64,000 nt of DNA from the human T2T-CHM13v2.0 reference genome, Homo sapiens, in the NCBI RefSeq assembly GCF_009914755.1, contig NC_060938.1; one strand, given 5' to 3'. The notes under the pieces are model-generated. The model saw nothing but the letters and a program-made list of their open reading frames with translations, had not been told where the DNA came from and made no database searches. Positions 33,012 through 48,847 of the stretch are shown here, piece by piece. The position numbers and the translations under genes are program-made. Numbering within the stretch: the first letter of the stretch is position 1; every line of letters starts with the position of its first letter.

Positions 33012-34413
33012 TGTAACCGAGTAGCGTGGCTTCAAACCATGTTTTAAAACTTTTTTCTTTCTTTCTCCCCAATTTTAAGATATAACTTTGAGATAAACTA
33101 CATGTGTTTCCATTCATCTTGAAATACAGCCTCAAAATGTGAACCTCCGTTTCTTTACCCATTCTATGCTCCCATGCCTTATGCACATGTTTTTACCTAG
33201 ACGCTTTTTAAGTGCACACCATGCTCATTTATCTGGTCATGTATTTCCTTAGAAGCTTCAGGGGCCGGATCCTGGCATAAACTGGATACCTCCAGAATTC
33301 TCTCCCCAGTCAAGGCCAAAACTCACTCCCATCTAGAAATTTACTGCAAGATTTACTACAATTAATTTGTAACCTGGTTGAGCCCAGGATGGTGCTGGCC
33401 CCTTCACCAAATGGAATAATATTTCAAGATAAGCTGTTGGAGCAGATTGAGCCACCTAACACCTCCTAACCCCCTCCTCTCCTGCATTCCAAATCATTCT
33501 CTCTTTAAAAACTCCTATGTTCACTCCACAAATTGAAGACTGGAATTTCTGGAATTTCACCCACACTTCCCTTTGCTGGCACAGATAATAAAACTCTATC
33601 ACACCTTGCTCTTGTTATATTGGCTTCTTTTTACAAGCGGCAAGTAGTTGGACCCCTATTGCTGGTTACAATTTTTGGTGGCCCATACAGGGAGCCCTGT
33701 GTATTCACAGGAGGCTCCAGACACACCTATCTGATCTTCTGTTGGATAGGGCCATGGAGCCACCTGTGAGTGCCAGCTGCTCATGGCTAGCTGACCCTGT
33801 AGTAAGAACATTAGGGGAGCTTCCAGCAATAGCCAAGGTGCCTTTGTCTTGCAGAACCTCCTTTTCTATTTCTGTCACAGCATCTGCTGCTTCCAAAGCT
33901 TCACTGATACAAAGAGAATGTGACATTTTGAAGAAGTCGACAAATGTTGGAACCAGGTGAGCTGCTGATGTGCACCCAGCCTCCCTCTGCCTCTTTTAGG
34001 GTGTTGCTGGGGCTCTGCTCTGTTTAGACTTAGCTGTTGGTGTCACCATTTGGCCATTTTTTTGCATTTGTATTTGTGGCACCCTCAGGGCTTTGCTCAC
34101 ATTGGACTGTCCCCTGGGGAGGGCCGTTTGAAACTGAGGCAAGGAGTTTGGAACTCTACCCAGCCCTCTTAACTGGGGATTTGTTTGGAGGCAGTGCACC
34201 ATTTGTTTGCAGTGTAGGTGTGTAACCTTAATGTGTGTATGGGCCCTAATCTCTCTCTCTCTTCCTCCATCTTTTCTATTCCTCCCAGCTCCATCCCACT
34301 GACTAAATTGGAAACAAGCCATCTACAGCCTAAACTCCCCTGGGCCATAAACACCGTTAGCTTCCTCCAGCTGGAAATAGCTAACCTTGACTGGTGACTT
34401 GCAGAAGTGGGAA
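33012..34413 (+). mobile_element. ERV1-class 5' LTR (33012-33670) plus primer-binding site and leader (family uncertain, MER66-like)
   Basis: TGTAACC...GGTTACA termini, AATAAA in LTR, tRNA-Ile PBS at 33676-33693. Confidence 0.75.
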
Positions 34414-35284
<871 letters not shown>

Positions 35285-35510
35285 GGAGGGATTCATCCTA
35301 CACTGTATAGGTCTAAGGTGCTGAGGCTCTCCCTGACAGAAGATAAACAAGAATGATGGGGGTCTGCAGGTTGCACAGGTTTAGGCTATGTCTGTTAGAA
35401 ATTTTAAGGTCAAGGAACAAGGACAAGGACAGAGCCTTAGCCTTTAAAAGACTTAATTTCTCTTGTGTAAAACAGAGATAATAACACCTATTTCTGAAGG
35501 TTATGTAGAC

Positions 35511-35650
35511 CAGAGGTCAGCAAATGTTTTCTGTAAATAATCAGATAGGGAATATTTTAGGTTTTGTGGTCCAGTCTCTGTCCTAACTACTCAACTCTGC
35601 ACCGTAGCATGAAAGTAGCCATAGACAATATACAAACAAATCTGACCCTT
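35511..35650. mobile_element. MER58A-like hAT-Charlie fragment
   Basis: cagaggtcagcaaa...aactactcaactctgc motif. Confidence 0.7.
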
Positions 35651-35732
35651 CGTATCAACAGAACAAAACAAAACTCTAATTCACTTACTATTATGCTTAG
35701 CCGTTAGTAGGAACCCAAGCAGTGTTAACCAT

Positions 35733-36701
35733 TGTGGGGAAAAGAAAGAGAGATCAGACTGTTACTGTGTCTATGCAGAGAGAAGTAGACATAAGAGATT
35801 TCATTTTGTTCTGTACTAAAAAATTCTTCTGCCTTGAGATGCTGTTAATCTGTAACCTTAGCCCCAATCCTGTGCTCACAGAGACATGTGCTGTGTTGAC
35901 TCAAGGTTTAATGGATTTAGGGCTATGCAGAATGTGCTTTGCTAAAAAAGTGCTTGAAGGCAGTATGCTTGTTAAAAGTCATCACCATTCTCTAATCTCA
36001 AGTACCCAGGGACACAATACACTGCAGAAGGCCACAGGGACCTCTGCCTAGGAAAACCAGGTATTGTCCAAGGTTTCTCCCCATGTGATAGCCTGAGATA
36101 TGGCCTCGTGGGAAGGGAAAGACCTTACTGTCCCCCAGCCCCACACCCATAAAGGGTCTGTTTTGAGGAGAATTAGTAAAATAGGAAGTCCTCTTTGCAG
36201 TTGAGATAAGAGGAAGGTATCTGTCTCCTGCTCGTCCCTGGGCAATAGAATATCTCAGTGTAAAACCCGACTGTATGTTCTATTTACTGAGATAGGAGAA
36301 AACCGCCTTAAGGCTGGAGGTGAGACATGCTAGTGGCAATACTGCTCTTTAATGCACTATATGTGCACATCAAGGCACAGCACCTTTTCTTAACCTTGTT
36401 TATGACACAGAGACCTTTGTTTACATGTTTTCCTGCTGACCCTCTCCCCACTATTACCCTACTGTCCTGCCATATCCCCCTCTCTGAGATGGTAGAGATA
36501 ATGATCAATAAATACTGAGGGAACTCAGAGACCAGGGGCGCCGCCCGGGGCCTCAGCAGGGGGCCTTGTATGCTGAGTGCCGGTCCCCTGGGCCCACTTT
36601 TGTTTCTCTATACTTTGTCTCTGTGTCTCTTTCTTTTCCCAGTCTGTCGTCCCACCTGTCGAGAAATGCCCACAGGTGTGGAGGGGCAGGCCACCCCTTC
36701 A
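35733..36701 (+). mobile_element. HERV-K(HML-2) solo LTR, LTR5B-like, 969 bp
   Basis: TGTGGGGAAAAGAAAGAGAGATCAGA...CCACCCCTTCA termini; 6-bp target duplication AACCAT/AACTAT. Confidence 0.93.
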
Positions 36702-36726
36702 AACTATGTCACAGAAAATGATATAA

Positions 36727-37074
<348 letters not shown>

Positions 37075-37442
37075 TGATGCTACTATTGCATTTAGGCTAA
37101 AATATACATATATAGAACCTGAAATGATGGTGGGATAAAGGGTACAACCCCTAGTGGACCATAGCGTTTTGAAGAAAACATTGTCAGGGCCTCTGGTGGC
37201 TCTCTTAAAAGACTTCCCTCTATAATCAGTGTAAGCAAAAAGGGGGCCCAGTTAATGATGTTATTAAACTTTATAAAGCATTGTGTAGCCTTTTTAAATT
37301 GAAGATAATTTTATGACAAGAAATTGGTAGATGAAAAAATTACCCTTATGTCTAGCTCACTAACACAACTGTTTGAATTTTTATACTCAATAGTCCAATT
37401 GTCTGTTATCCACACATTTCTGCATTACTTTAATCTTAATAA

Positions 37443-38014
<572 letters not shown>

Positions 38015-39029
38015 TTCAGCTAATCTTAATATTCTTAACATTTATATTTAGATTCTAGAAAGTCTTAAATGTGCATTTAATATTTGTATTGTATTTCACT
38101 GTGTTTATGAAAAACATCTTTATTGGATATACAGATTGTTTCCAGTTTTTTGCTATGAAGATAAAACTGCAATAAGTATCTTGCAAAGATTTTGGGCTTT
38201 TGGATTTCTTAGGATAAACTCTCAAGAATAGAATAAATCTTTATGGCTTTTATAATATATTGCCATAATGCTTTCTTACTAAAAGGTACAATTCAATTTG
38301 TATGCCCACTGATGTATGACTGTATCAGTATCACCATTGCTTCTGTTAGCAGTGGATATTTTAACTTATTTTTTTAAAAGATTCTATAATTCAGAAAGTA
38401 CATAAATATAATTTACTTTACTTTCTTGGATTACTAACTAAAATGACCACTTCCCCAAGTGTTTATTCAGCCTTTTGAATTTCTTCTTATTCACACTTTT
38501 CCTGTGATCTTGGTACTTTTTGTTATTCCAGTAACATTTGAATGAGTTGTTCATATCACAGATACTACTAGCTTGGTTGTATTTGCTGTGAATATTTTAC
38601 TCCAATCACTGAAATTTTTAGTTATTCTACTCTTCATATGACAAAAATTCTTTCATACATTCAAATCTTTTAATACTGTGCTACTATCACTTAATCCCTC
38701 CTTTCAATTACTACACAGTATCTTTTATCAACTTTAAAAAAAGTTTGCTAGGTAGTATATTAAACTTTAAATATATATGTTTCACCTAATTCTAGGTTTA
38801 CTTTACTGTTTGGTTCTACAAACATTACCTTTGAACCAACTGAAGTGCAGACTCTAGAAACTAGTAAGAATGGCATATATCAGCACATTGTTTGCCATAA
38901 GACTATGATCATGTCTACGGAGGCTACTGATCCTTGGCCTAAATATTAGTGATGAACACTACCATACATAAAAATGAAAGATACAAAAGTCAATACAGAT
39001 AAGGAAAACAATGATTTCATGCCTCTTAC

Positions 39030-39190
39030 CAGTATTCTTTGATGCTGTAAAGGTGTTGTACTGAAAAAATCATCATGGTCATCTTTTGGCAACTGTTCCA
39101 GAAATTCCCTCATCTGTTGCTTCCTTTTAAGAGTTCCCACTTTGGCAGTTATCTTAATAGTTTGTTTCTGATCAGCATCACCTCTCTTGC
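39030..39190 (-). CDS. MIS18BP1: MIS18BP1 exon 13 (161 nt; KITAKVGTLKRKQQMREFLEQLPKDDHDDFF)
   Basis: taag acceptor, CTG|gtaaga donor; ORF 38946-39140. Confidence 0.96.
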
Positions 39191-39318
39191 CTTAAGAGTC
39201 AGCAAACCATTTTGATAAGGATTTGGTTATTTATAGTAACTGCTCTATAAAGTTAACAACCTTTGCAAAGTCTAAATTGTGCATTCATGTTAAAAAAAAA
39301 CCAAAAAACTCAGCCTTG

Positions 39319-39746
39319 GCCAGGCTCAGTGGCTCATCCCTGTAACCCAGCACTTCGGGAGGCCAAGGCAGGAGGAATGCTTGAGCCCAGGAGTTCAAGA
39401 ACTGCCTGGGCAATATAGTGAGACCCCATCTCTAAAAAAATACAGATATAGATAAAGCAAAAAAAGAAAGAAAACTTAGCCTGTTATTTTACAAGTCTCC
39501 TATAGAACAAATGATTATTTCTACACTGGGATCTGGGATTTGTGCAATATGATTAGCCCATAGGATACTCATGAAGAGGCTAAGATTAGGCAGGGTGAGG
39601 TTAAAAAGATCTTCTCTTTTTTTTTTTGTAGAGATGGGGTTTCACCATGTTGTCCAGGCTGGTCTCGAACTTGTGAGCTCAAGTAATCGGTCCACCTCAG
39701 CCTCCCAAAGTGCTGGGATTACAGGCATGAGCCACCGTGCCTGGCC
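39319..39746. mobile_element. Inverted pair of Alu left monomers (+ 39319-39475, - 39617-39746)
   Basis: Opposite-orientation left arms about 140 bp apart. Confidence 0.85.
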
Positions 39747-40275
39747 AAAAAGATCTTTACACTGCAAGAATGACTGCCTCTACATTGCCTCTTGCTGAAT
39801 GCCTAATTTATTGATTTTGCCAAAATATATAAACCTTACTGAATTATGACAGGGTATTGGGTTCTCGCTAATGCTTATTATAGAAATTCTCTGGCATAAT
39901 CAACCTTTTACTAGTACTCATGAACAGGAGTATGTAATCATGGGACTATGAAAACTGAATATTTTCTGAGCTTTCTCATAAATTACTTGGGGATCTGACC
40001 CAAGTGGTCTTTAATTAAACCCTTAGAACAATAATTCAGATATTGAAATCTCTGGATCTAACTGCAGAATTCCTAAAACTCGAAGCACAAGGCTACTAAA
40101 CTACTACTGATGGAAGCAGAGACCCAGGTAAGACTTAAAAATTAAACAGATGATTTCTGAAATTCTCTCTAGCTTTAAAATTTTAAGAAAATACCTATTA
40201 ATATTCATGGATAAATATAAAATATATCTGATTTCAGTGATCAGAAATCAACACTGAGTACTAGGAAAAAAACTA

Positions 40276-40485
<210 letters not shown>

Positions 40486-41296
40486 TTAAAGAATAAGAAA
40501 TTCAAACCAATGACAATAACCTCTTAAAAGCATAACACTGAATTGATGAGATTTACTGAGATGAAGGAATCAGTTTTATCAAAATCATTCTGGATAACAA
40601 TTAAGAAAGATATTATTCCTTCCCCTCAATAACTTAACTCTAGTGCTTAAAATATGAAGATGTAATTTTACCTATCTAGTAGATGTCTTCTAACTATTCT
40701 GATGTGTTTTATTAAGCCTGAAAAATGACCCTCAGCCTTTCAACATTTTTTTTTCTAAGTCCAACTAATCGATGATACGGTTTTTTAGGAGATTTTGGCA
40801 TGACCAAATTTTCTTCACTGTTACCTTAAATCTTATTGGTGCTAAGTATATTGGACAATAAGCTCTTAGTTCTCTTATACAGTCTAGGTTATAAGCTATT
40901 AAAAAGTGTTATGCTTGCTTTCATTCTACTATACTTTGTAGAACTCAGTATTTTAGATATATGCTCTCTTAATTAAGGAAAATGAAAATTGAAATAGAGA
41001 AAACTATAAGGAAGTCCCTAATTTAACATCTGAGTTGCATTCTACAAGTTCCTTTGTAAATGATTTAGAACCTGGTATACACATTACCACCCCCACTCTC
41101 CCCATAAAGATTTCATGCATTGTGGTTAGATTGACAATTTAGCCAGAAAACATCTATGTAACTCATCAATTAGCCTAAAAGTGATATTAACAATGTCATT
41201 TCAACTACACCAAGTCTTTATTTTTAATCTGTTTCTTTGGCAAAATATTTTTATTTCTACTTGGATTCCAATTAATAGATATAGGTTTCATGTAGC

Positions 41297-41675
41297 AGTA
41301 TGTGGGAAAGTTTTTAATCAGTTCTCTCGGGGTTAAACAGTCCTGATTTATAAAGTCTGATGACTTTCATAGGGTAAATACTCCCATTGTAGTTGATGTC
41401 AAGCTACCAACATGTCACTGACTGTGGAGTTGATAAAACACGTGTGATAGCACACAATTACATAGTATTTCCACCATACCACAGAGGTGAAGAGTCTCAA
41501 GAGCATATATATATAATAAAATGGAAAATAATTAGGAAGTAATGAGTTTTAAGCATTATCTTTGTTTTAAATAATTTAAGTTTATATAATTTTTTAATGA
41601 CTTTAACACTCAATTTGTAAAATTCTCCAAAATTTAACAATCAGCTCTTGTGAACAGCTACCAGCTGACCACAGC
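41297..41675. mobile_element. MER63-like hAT DNA transposon
   Basis: gtaaatactcccattgt...tcaagctaccaacatgtcactga motif. Confidence 0.6.
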
Positions 41676-42372
41676 ATATTATTCCATGCAGAAAAGCATA
41701 ATACTTATGAGCATTAAATACTTGTTAATGAATTCTTTTACATAATTAATCATTCCACAGTGTTCTAAAGTGAACAACTAGAAGGACTTGGGAACTCAAG
41801 CTTCTCTATTTGTGTGTGTGGCTAATTTCTAAATCTACGACTGTCTAAAATAACTATTACATAACACAAATAATAATGTATTTAATAAGAAATTAGTACT
41901 TAACACATCTCCTCTAGGTTATTCCAGATAATTTAAAAAGACAAACTTAAACATATCACACCATGTTTAAAACTTGTTTCATTATTAGCATAAAACCCCA
42001 AATCCTTAGTGTAACGCTGTATTGTTCCTTGCCCAACTCTCTAGTCTCATCTTGTACTGCTCTTTGGTCAACTTTCAGTATTCCATTCATTCTAGCTTTC
42101 TTTATTTACCTTTCTTTTTTTTTTAAAGAGACAGGGTCTCAATCTGTCACCCATGCAGGAGTGCCGGGCATTATCATAGCTCAATGTGGCCTCCAACTTC
42201 TGGGCTCAGGCGATCCCCCTGACTCCGCCTCCTTAGTGGTTGGCACTACAGGCACATACCCCACACCCATTCTTTCAGTATTTCCAAATATGCCCTCTTT
42301 CTTTATACTTTTGTGTATGCTATTCTAAGGTCCATTTGTCTTGAATCCTTGGCTTAAATAATTCTTATTTAT

Positions 42373-42568
42373 TGATATAGTTTAAATATGTGTCCCTACC
42401 CAAGACTCATATCAAAATGTAATTCCCAGTATTGGAAGTGGGGCCTAGGGGGAGGTGATTGGTTAACGGAGGTAGATTCCTCATGAATGATTTAGCAACA
42501 TCCCTCTTGGTACCATCCTTCTGATGGAGTTCTCATGAAATCTGGTCATTTAAAAGTGTGTAGCACAC
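42373..42568 (+). mobile_element. MST-type MaLR LTR 5' fragment
   Basis: TGATATAGTTT...gggaggtgattgg...taaaagtgtgtagcac. Confidence 0.75.
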
Positions 42569-42841
42569 TTTTCCAGAATGTCATATAAATGGAATCATAT
42601 AGTGTATAACCCTTTGAGTTGGCTTTTTTCACTCAATATGCCTTTGAAATTCAACCAGGTTGTTGTATGTATCAATAGTTCTTCCTTTTTACTGCTTAGT
42701 AATCCACTGAAAGAATGCACCCTAATTTGTTTATGTAGAAAGTACGACAGAAATCAGGGAGAGGGAGGAGCTTGGCATAGCAACCCTTTAAAGTTGTTTA
42801 TGAACTCCTAGGCCCATGCTGCAAATTTTGATATATTTTCA

Positions 42842-43480
<639 letters not shown>

Positions 43481-45270
43481 GAATATTTTCTACTTTCCTT
43501 TAAGTCTTCTTCTTTGACCCACAGATTAGTTATACGTATTAATAAGTTATTTAATTTTCAACCACTTGGAAATTTTCCTATCTTTATTTTATTGATTTGT
43601 AGTTTAATTCAATTATCATCAGAGAATATGCTTTGTATGATTTCAGCTATTTTAAATCTGTTAAGAGGTTTTATGATCTATCTTGATGAATGATCAACCT
43701 ATCCTTGGAAATAACCTATTCTTTTTCTTATTATTGGGTGGAATGTTCTGTAAATGTGAATCATACGAATGACTGATGGTGTTGTTCAGTTCTATATCCC
43801 TGCTAATTTTCAGTCAGTTCTATCAAATACCAAGAGAGGAGCAGTGTGGTTTCCTATAACTGTGGATTTGACTATCCTTGTAGTTTAGTCCGCTGCTTTC
43901 ACTTGTCAGTTTTTAACTCATGTATTTTGAGGTTTTATTGTCAGGTGCATACACACTTAGGAATTTCATGCCTTCCTGGTGACTGACCCTTCTATCATTT
44001 GTAATGTCTTTCTTTATTCCTGGTTATTTTCTTCCTACTAAAGTCTATTTTGACAGATATTAATATAGCCACTCAAGCTTTCTTTTGATTTGTGTTTAGA
44101 CGGTATTTTTCTATCCTTTTAACCTACCTATATCATTATATTTAAAGTGAGTTTGTTGTATACAGCATATAGTTAGATCATGTTTTTAAATTCATTCTGA
44201 CAATATGTCTTTTAATTGGTATGTTTAGACCATTTAATTTAATTATGTTGGATTTAGGTCAATAATTTTATTATTTGTTTTCTGCTTGTTCCATGTAAAA
44301 AAATCCTCCACTTCTCTTCTTCTTTGCCTTCTTTTGGGCTATTTGATTTTCCAGTATTTTAATTTATGTTTGAAATTATTTCTTTGTATAGTTTTTTTAG
44401 AAGTTGCTCTAGGGATGACATTAAATATACTTAACTTCAACAGTCTACTTAGAATCAATATTTTACTGCTTCAAGTGAAATGTTAATATTTTTATTTTAG
44501 CAGGTCATCAACCTGGTGGTATCCCAAGCTATACGTTCAGTCTACTATCATTGTTGTTTCAATGTCAGTTTCATTTTTCAAAGCTCTGCAGTGCTGTTAG
44601 GATCTTCCTGTGTGTGGGACACTGAGTAGCTAGCCTAGAAACTGGGTGTGGTCTACTGTTTAGTTCAGTTCTCAGTCTTTTATATGCTCTTTAGGACCAT
44701 GTCCACATATGTACAACTCCTGGGTGGCATAGAAGTTCATAAACAACTTTATGGGGTTGCTTTTCCTACTTCCTCTCTTTCCGCGATTTCTGGTTCCCTG
44801 GAGTTTCCCTTGTCAGTGCTCTGGCCAGAAAGCTGGGGCTTTTATTACTCTGCTCTGCTGTATGCCTCACACAACTGAATTTTTGTCCAGTACCAAGCAA
44901 CAGACAACAGAAAGAGAACAGAAGCAACAGGTACTTGCCCCACTACTTTGAGGCAACCATTCCTAATTGTAGAGAAGGTTCTCATCTCTCAGAGTTTTAG
45001 ATATATCTCAGCCCCAGCTGATGCTGTGACTGTAGCCCCTGCAGGATTGCATGGGGACTGAGTTAAGAGAAAAGACAAAAACAAAACAAAACAAAACAAA
45101 ACAAAACAAAAACAAACCAAACCAAACACTGGGGATTTCCTCTACTGTTTCTGAGTGTCAGAAGTCCCCCTTTCTGCTCCTCAACCCAGAACTGGAGAGC
45201 TCCTCTTTAAACTCTCTTTGTTACCCTTCAGTGCCCACTTCTAGGTTTCTAGTATCCTTGAGTCTCACTT
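43481..45270 (-). mobile_element. Old L1M fragment(s) with (CAAAA)n repeat at about 45075-45125
   Basis: T-rich reverse L1 ORF2/5' like sequence; boundaries approximate. Confidence 0.65.
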
Positions 45271-45307
45271 GTGGGGCACCAAACTTTACTATTTATAACA
45301 CTTGTTA

Positions 45308-45620
45308 GGCCGGGCACGGTGGCTTATGCCTATAATCCCAGCACTTTGGGAAGCCAAGGTGGGCGGATCATTAGGTCAGGAGTTCAAGACCAGCCTGACC
45401 AACATGGTGAAACCTCATCTCTACTAAAAATATAAAAATTAGCCAGGCGTGGCAGCGTGCGCCTGTAGTCCCAGCTACTCAGGAGGCTGAGGCAGGAGAA
45501 TCGCTTGAACCCGGGAGGCAGAGGTTGCAGTAACCGGGATTGTGGCATTGCACTCCAGACGGGGCAGCAGGGCGAGACTCCGTCTCAATCAAAACAAAAC
45601 AAAACAAAAAACAAAAAAAT
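45308..45620 (+). mobile_element. AluS
   Basis: Full dimer. Confidence 0.93.
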
Positions 45621-45928
45621 GCATTTCTTAAAATATGAAGCTACGTGAGAGAGTACTATTTGGCTATCTTGAAATATTACATGGGAATGAAAAGGTCACT
45701 TTTACTTTCCTCATACTTAGGCTTTCCTCGTACTTTCCTCGTATTAGAGATGACCACAAAAATACCACTAGGAGTTATGTGTAGTCTATCTCCATTCCCT
45801 GTGCAAATTATAATTTCTCCCTTTTTTTTAATGACATCTTCCATGTTAACCCCTTATTGCTATTTTTATGTCTTTAACTGTCTTGTGGCTGCTCTGTAGA
45901 TATTTCGGAATGAAATCTAACTACTTAC

Positions 45929-46757
45929 CAATGAAGTTTCTGTAACTCCTTCTCATTCCATTCCTTATCCTGAATTAAACCAGGTAAGCATTCTAAGGGA
46001 TGCCTATTTGTCTTATCAGATCCTACTGCCTCAGTAATTGGAAACTCTTTCCTAACACCAGACTTCTGAAGAGTTTCTTTGACGGAAGGTCTAGCTTTCT
46101 TTTGTTTGATATAAAATTCATTTTCACTTTCTTCAGTTTCAGGTTCCAAAATCACTGGAATATTACTTGTGTTTCTTGTGCTCTTTCTCAGGTGAACCAC
46201 TGCTTCTTTGGTGTTTCCTGCTTTGGTTTTCTTAACTTCAGCTTTCCTTTTAATTTCCTTTTCTGTTTCACTTTCTTCACTTGACAAATCTGGTGAGGAC
46301 TGATGCTTATAAAATGACATAGCTACCTGATTTTCTATTTTCTTCAATTTTGGTAATAGTCTGGTATTTTTCTTAAAGTCAGAGGTGAGCATTTGTTCCT
46401 TTTCAAGGTTAGATATTTTTATTTTCCGGTTGACAGTAAGTAAGTCACGTTCATCGCAATCTTCCTTGTTTTTACTTTTATGACCTTCAAATGTATTTTC
46501 TAAAGTCCCCATGGACTTGCTGATGGGACTTTTTTTTTGACACTCTGGTATTACAAAATCTGTTACTGCTTTGATGGTGCCAGCGGACAGATTATACCTC
46601 ATGCATCTTTGCTCTATCACTTTTCTAGATTTAAGTGGTGTTACTAAAATATAAGCTTTCTTCTGATTGATGGCCATGTATTTTCTTTCTTCATCTGAGA
46701 AAAACTGTTCCCTTGAGGTTAGAATATCAATGGATACATCCAATTCTTCAGTTGTCT
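45929..46757 (-). CDS. MIS18BP1: MIS18BP1 exon 11 (829 nt; TTEELDVSIDILTSREQFF...EWNEKELQKLH)
   Basis: ORF 45925-46839; aaag acceptor fixed by frame, TG|gtaagt donor. Confidence 0.96.
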
Positions 46758-48753
46758 CTTTAATTTCATAAGACAAAACCAAAGACCAAAATCTCAAATT
46801 AGCTATAAACAAATATAAGCACAGAAAATATATTTTCACAAATAAAAGATACTATTTTTATCCACGAGCTACACTGTATACCCACCTGTCATATTAATCT
46901 TTCTGAAGCCCAGGTCTATTCAGACCACTGCCCCTTCAACTGTAAACATATACTATTGTTTATACAAACCTGACAGTGACTTCTCACAGTCTTTTAGTAG
47001 ACATATAAATAAGCTCCTCTGCCTGGCCTTCCACATAGTTCCAATCTCTCACTGTTGTCAAAATCTCAACTATATTCTATGTTCAGAACCACACCACTTG
47101 CTATTTCTCAGATTTTCTTGGTTCTCCACTTTTAATAATGTTGTCCACTCTGCTTTGAAGATGTTCTTCATTCATCTATAAACAAAATCACTACCTGCTT
47201 CGATTTTATTCTCTAACCCACCTAGTGTACAAACTTGTACACATTCCCTACACTGAATGAAAGCTCTCCTTCAAGTTTCCAGAATACTTTAAATAATGCC
47301 ATGTTTGACAGTGAGACATGTATTATAATTGCACACTTGTCTTTCAATCAGACTGGAAAAAATAATTAATGGTTAGAACTTTATCTGTATGGTTTGATTT
47401 TTTTTTTTGCTGGAGTTAGTACAGAGCCTTTCACATATACAGTAGGCAATAAGTAAATACTTGTTAAATCAAAGCCCTGGAGGTAAAATATTCAGAAGAT
47501 ATAAGAAAACCAGTAGTCACTGAAACCTTACTAAGTATTATATGAGCTGTGCTAGTTAGGAGGACATGGAACTCCATCTGCATGGTTCCACTTTCATTGC
47601 CAATGGTGGTCATAGAAACACACTCAAAATGAATCCCCCCAAACACCATGAAGTACAAAACAAGCAAAAGAGAACAACCTGAGAATCTTATATCTTGTCA
47701 CTAAAGAAAGCAAATTAAAATGAGAACAATTCACCAATTCAAAACCTAAGTAATGAGAAGTCAAACTAACTGAAACTATCCAACTGTAATTAGAAATACA
47801 TATAAACTGCAAATCATCCCACTGTCATAGAAACATATTACAACCACCTCCACATATTATGTGCCATTGTTTACAAGATGACTGACAGAATGAGACTGAT
47901 AGATAATATTGAATGCTGGGGAGAAAAGAAGCCTCTAAATTACAATCCGTGGAAAAAGGTAATAATCAAAATAATTTAGAAAGTGTCTACAAGATTTTCC
48001 ACTGGCATCATATATCTTCAAATTATGAGAAAAGTATTTTCTTCTAACTCCTCATATAAATCCAATTCAAATGTTTACCTGGGAATTTGAAAATTTTCAA
48101 CATTATAATTTTGAACAATATTTCCATTCAGAGTATTTGTTAATTTTAATAAATTATTTAATAAAGATCCAGCTATCTTGGATACTTAAACCGAATATGA
48201 ACTCGGAAGTATAAGTAGCACTGCTTTCCTATCTTCTTCAAACAAATAAATGTTCTTCACTTTCACTTCTTTTCACTTATAAGAGGAAATAAAACACAAA
48301 AAAATGCTATAAAGCTAATGGATTTAGCTCAACATGAAATTGTAAACTTGCTAACATTTAGACGAAAGCCTCTAAATTATGGCATGCAGGATTCCAATTA
48401 AATCACTCTGAAAATCCACACTTAAAACTAAATTATTGTACTAAATTCATAAAAGGATTCACTCTTTACACATTCCTGTAAGCATATGTTAAATGATATA
48501 TAGTTTTGTGATCTAAACAAATATTTTAGTACCCAGATTAAAGAAGGCAAACCTGTAAGTATAGGTGGTTTTTAAAAGGGCTATTTTATTATGAAAATCA
48601 TCTTATGTAAAAATAACAAAACCAAACATTTAAAAACATTAAATAATTTGCCATTTTACATGAGGAAATTTACAAGATCACTTTTATCATATTAAAAACA
48701 TTTCACATAGTAGCTTTCTGCTTATGATTAAAAAACCATTAAAGATATATTAC

Positions 48754-48847
48754 CTTGCTTCTGACTTTTTATTATCCTTTCATTTGTTCTTTCACCAATT
48801 TTTAGTTTCTTTGAAGACATTTTATATTCTTTTTTTCCAATTAATTC
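48754..48847 (-). CDS. MIS18BP1: MIS18BP1 exon 10 (94 nt; ELIGKKEYKMSSKKLKIGERTNERIIKSQKQ)
   Basis: ttttgaag acceptor, AAG|gtaata donor. Confidence 0.94.

Noticed and set aside
46000-46284. 94-aa Phe-rich plus-strand ORF
   Set aside because: Antisense shadow of Lys/Glu-rich MIS18BP1 exon 11.
46758-46839. N-terminal hydrophobic extension of the 304-aa ORF
   Set aside because: Intronic run-in upstream of the exon 11 acceptor, not a signal peptide.
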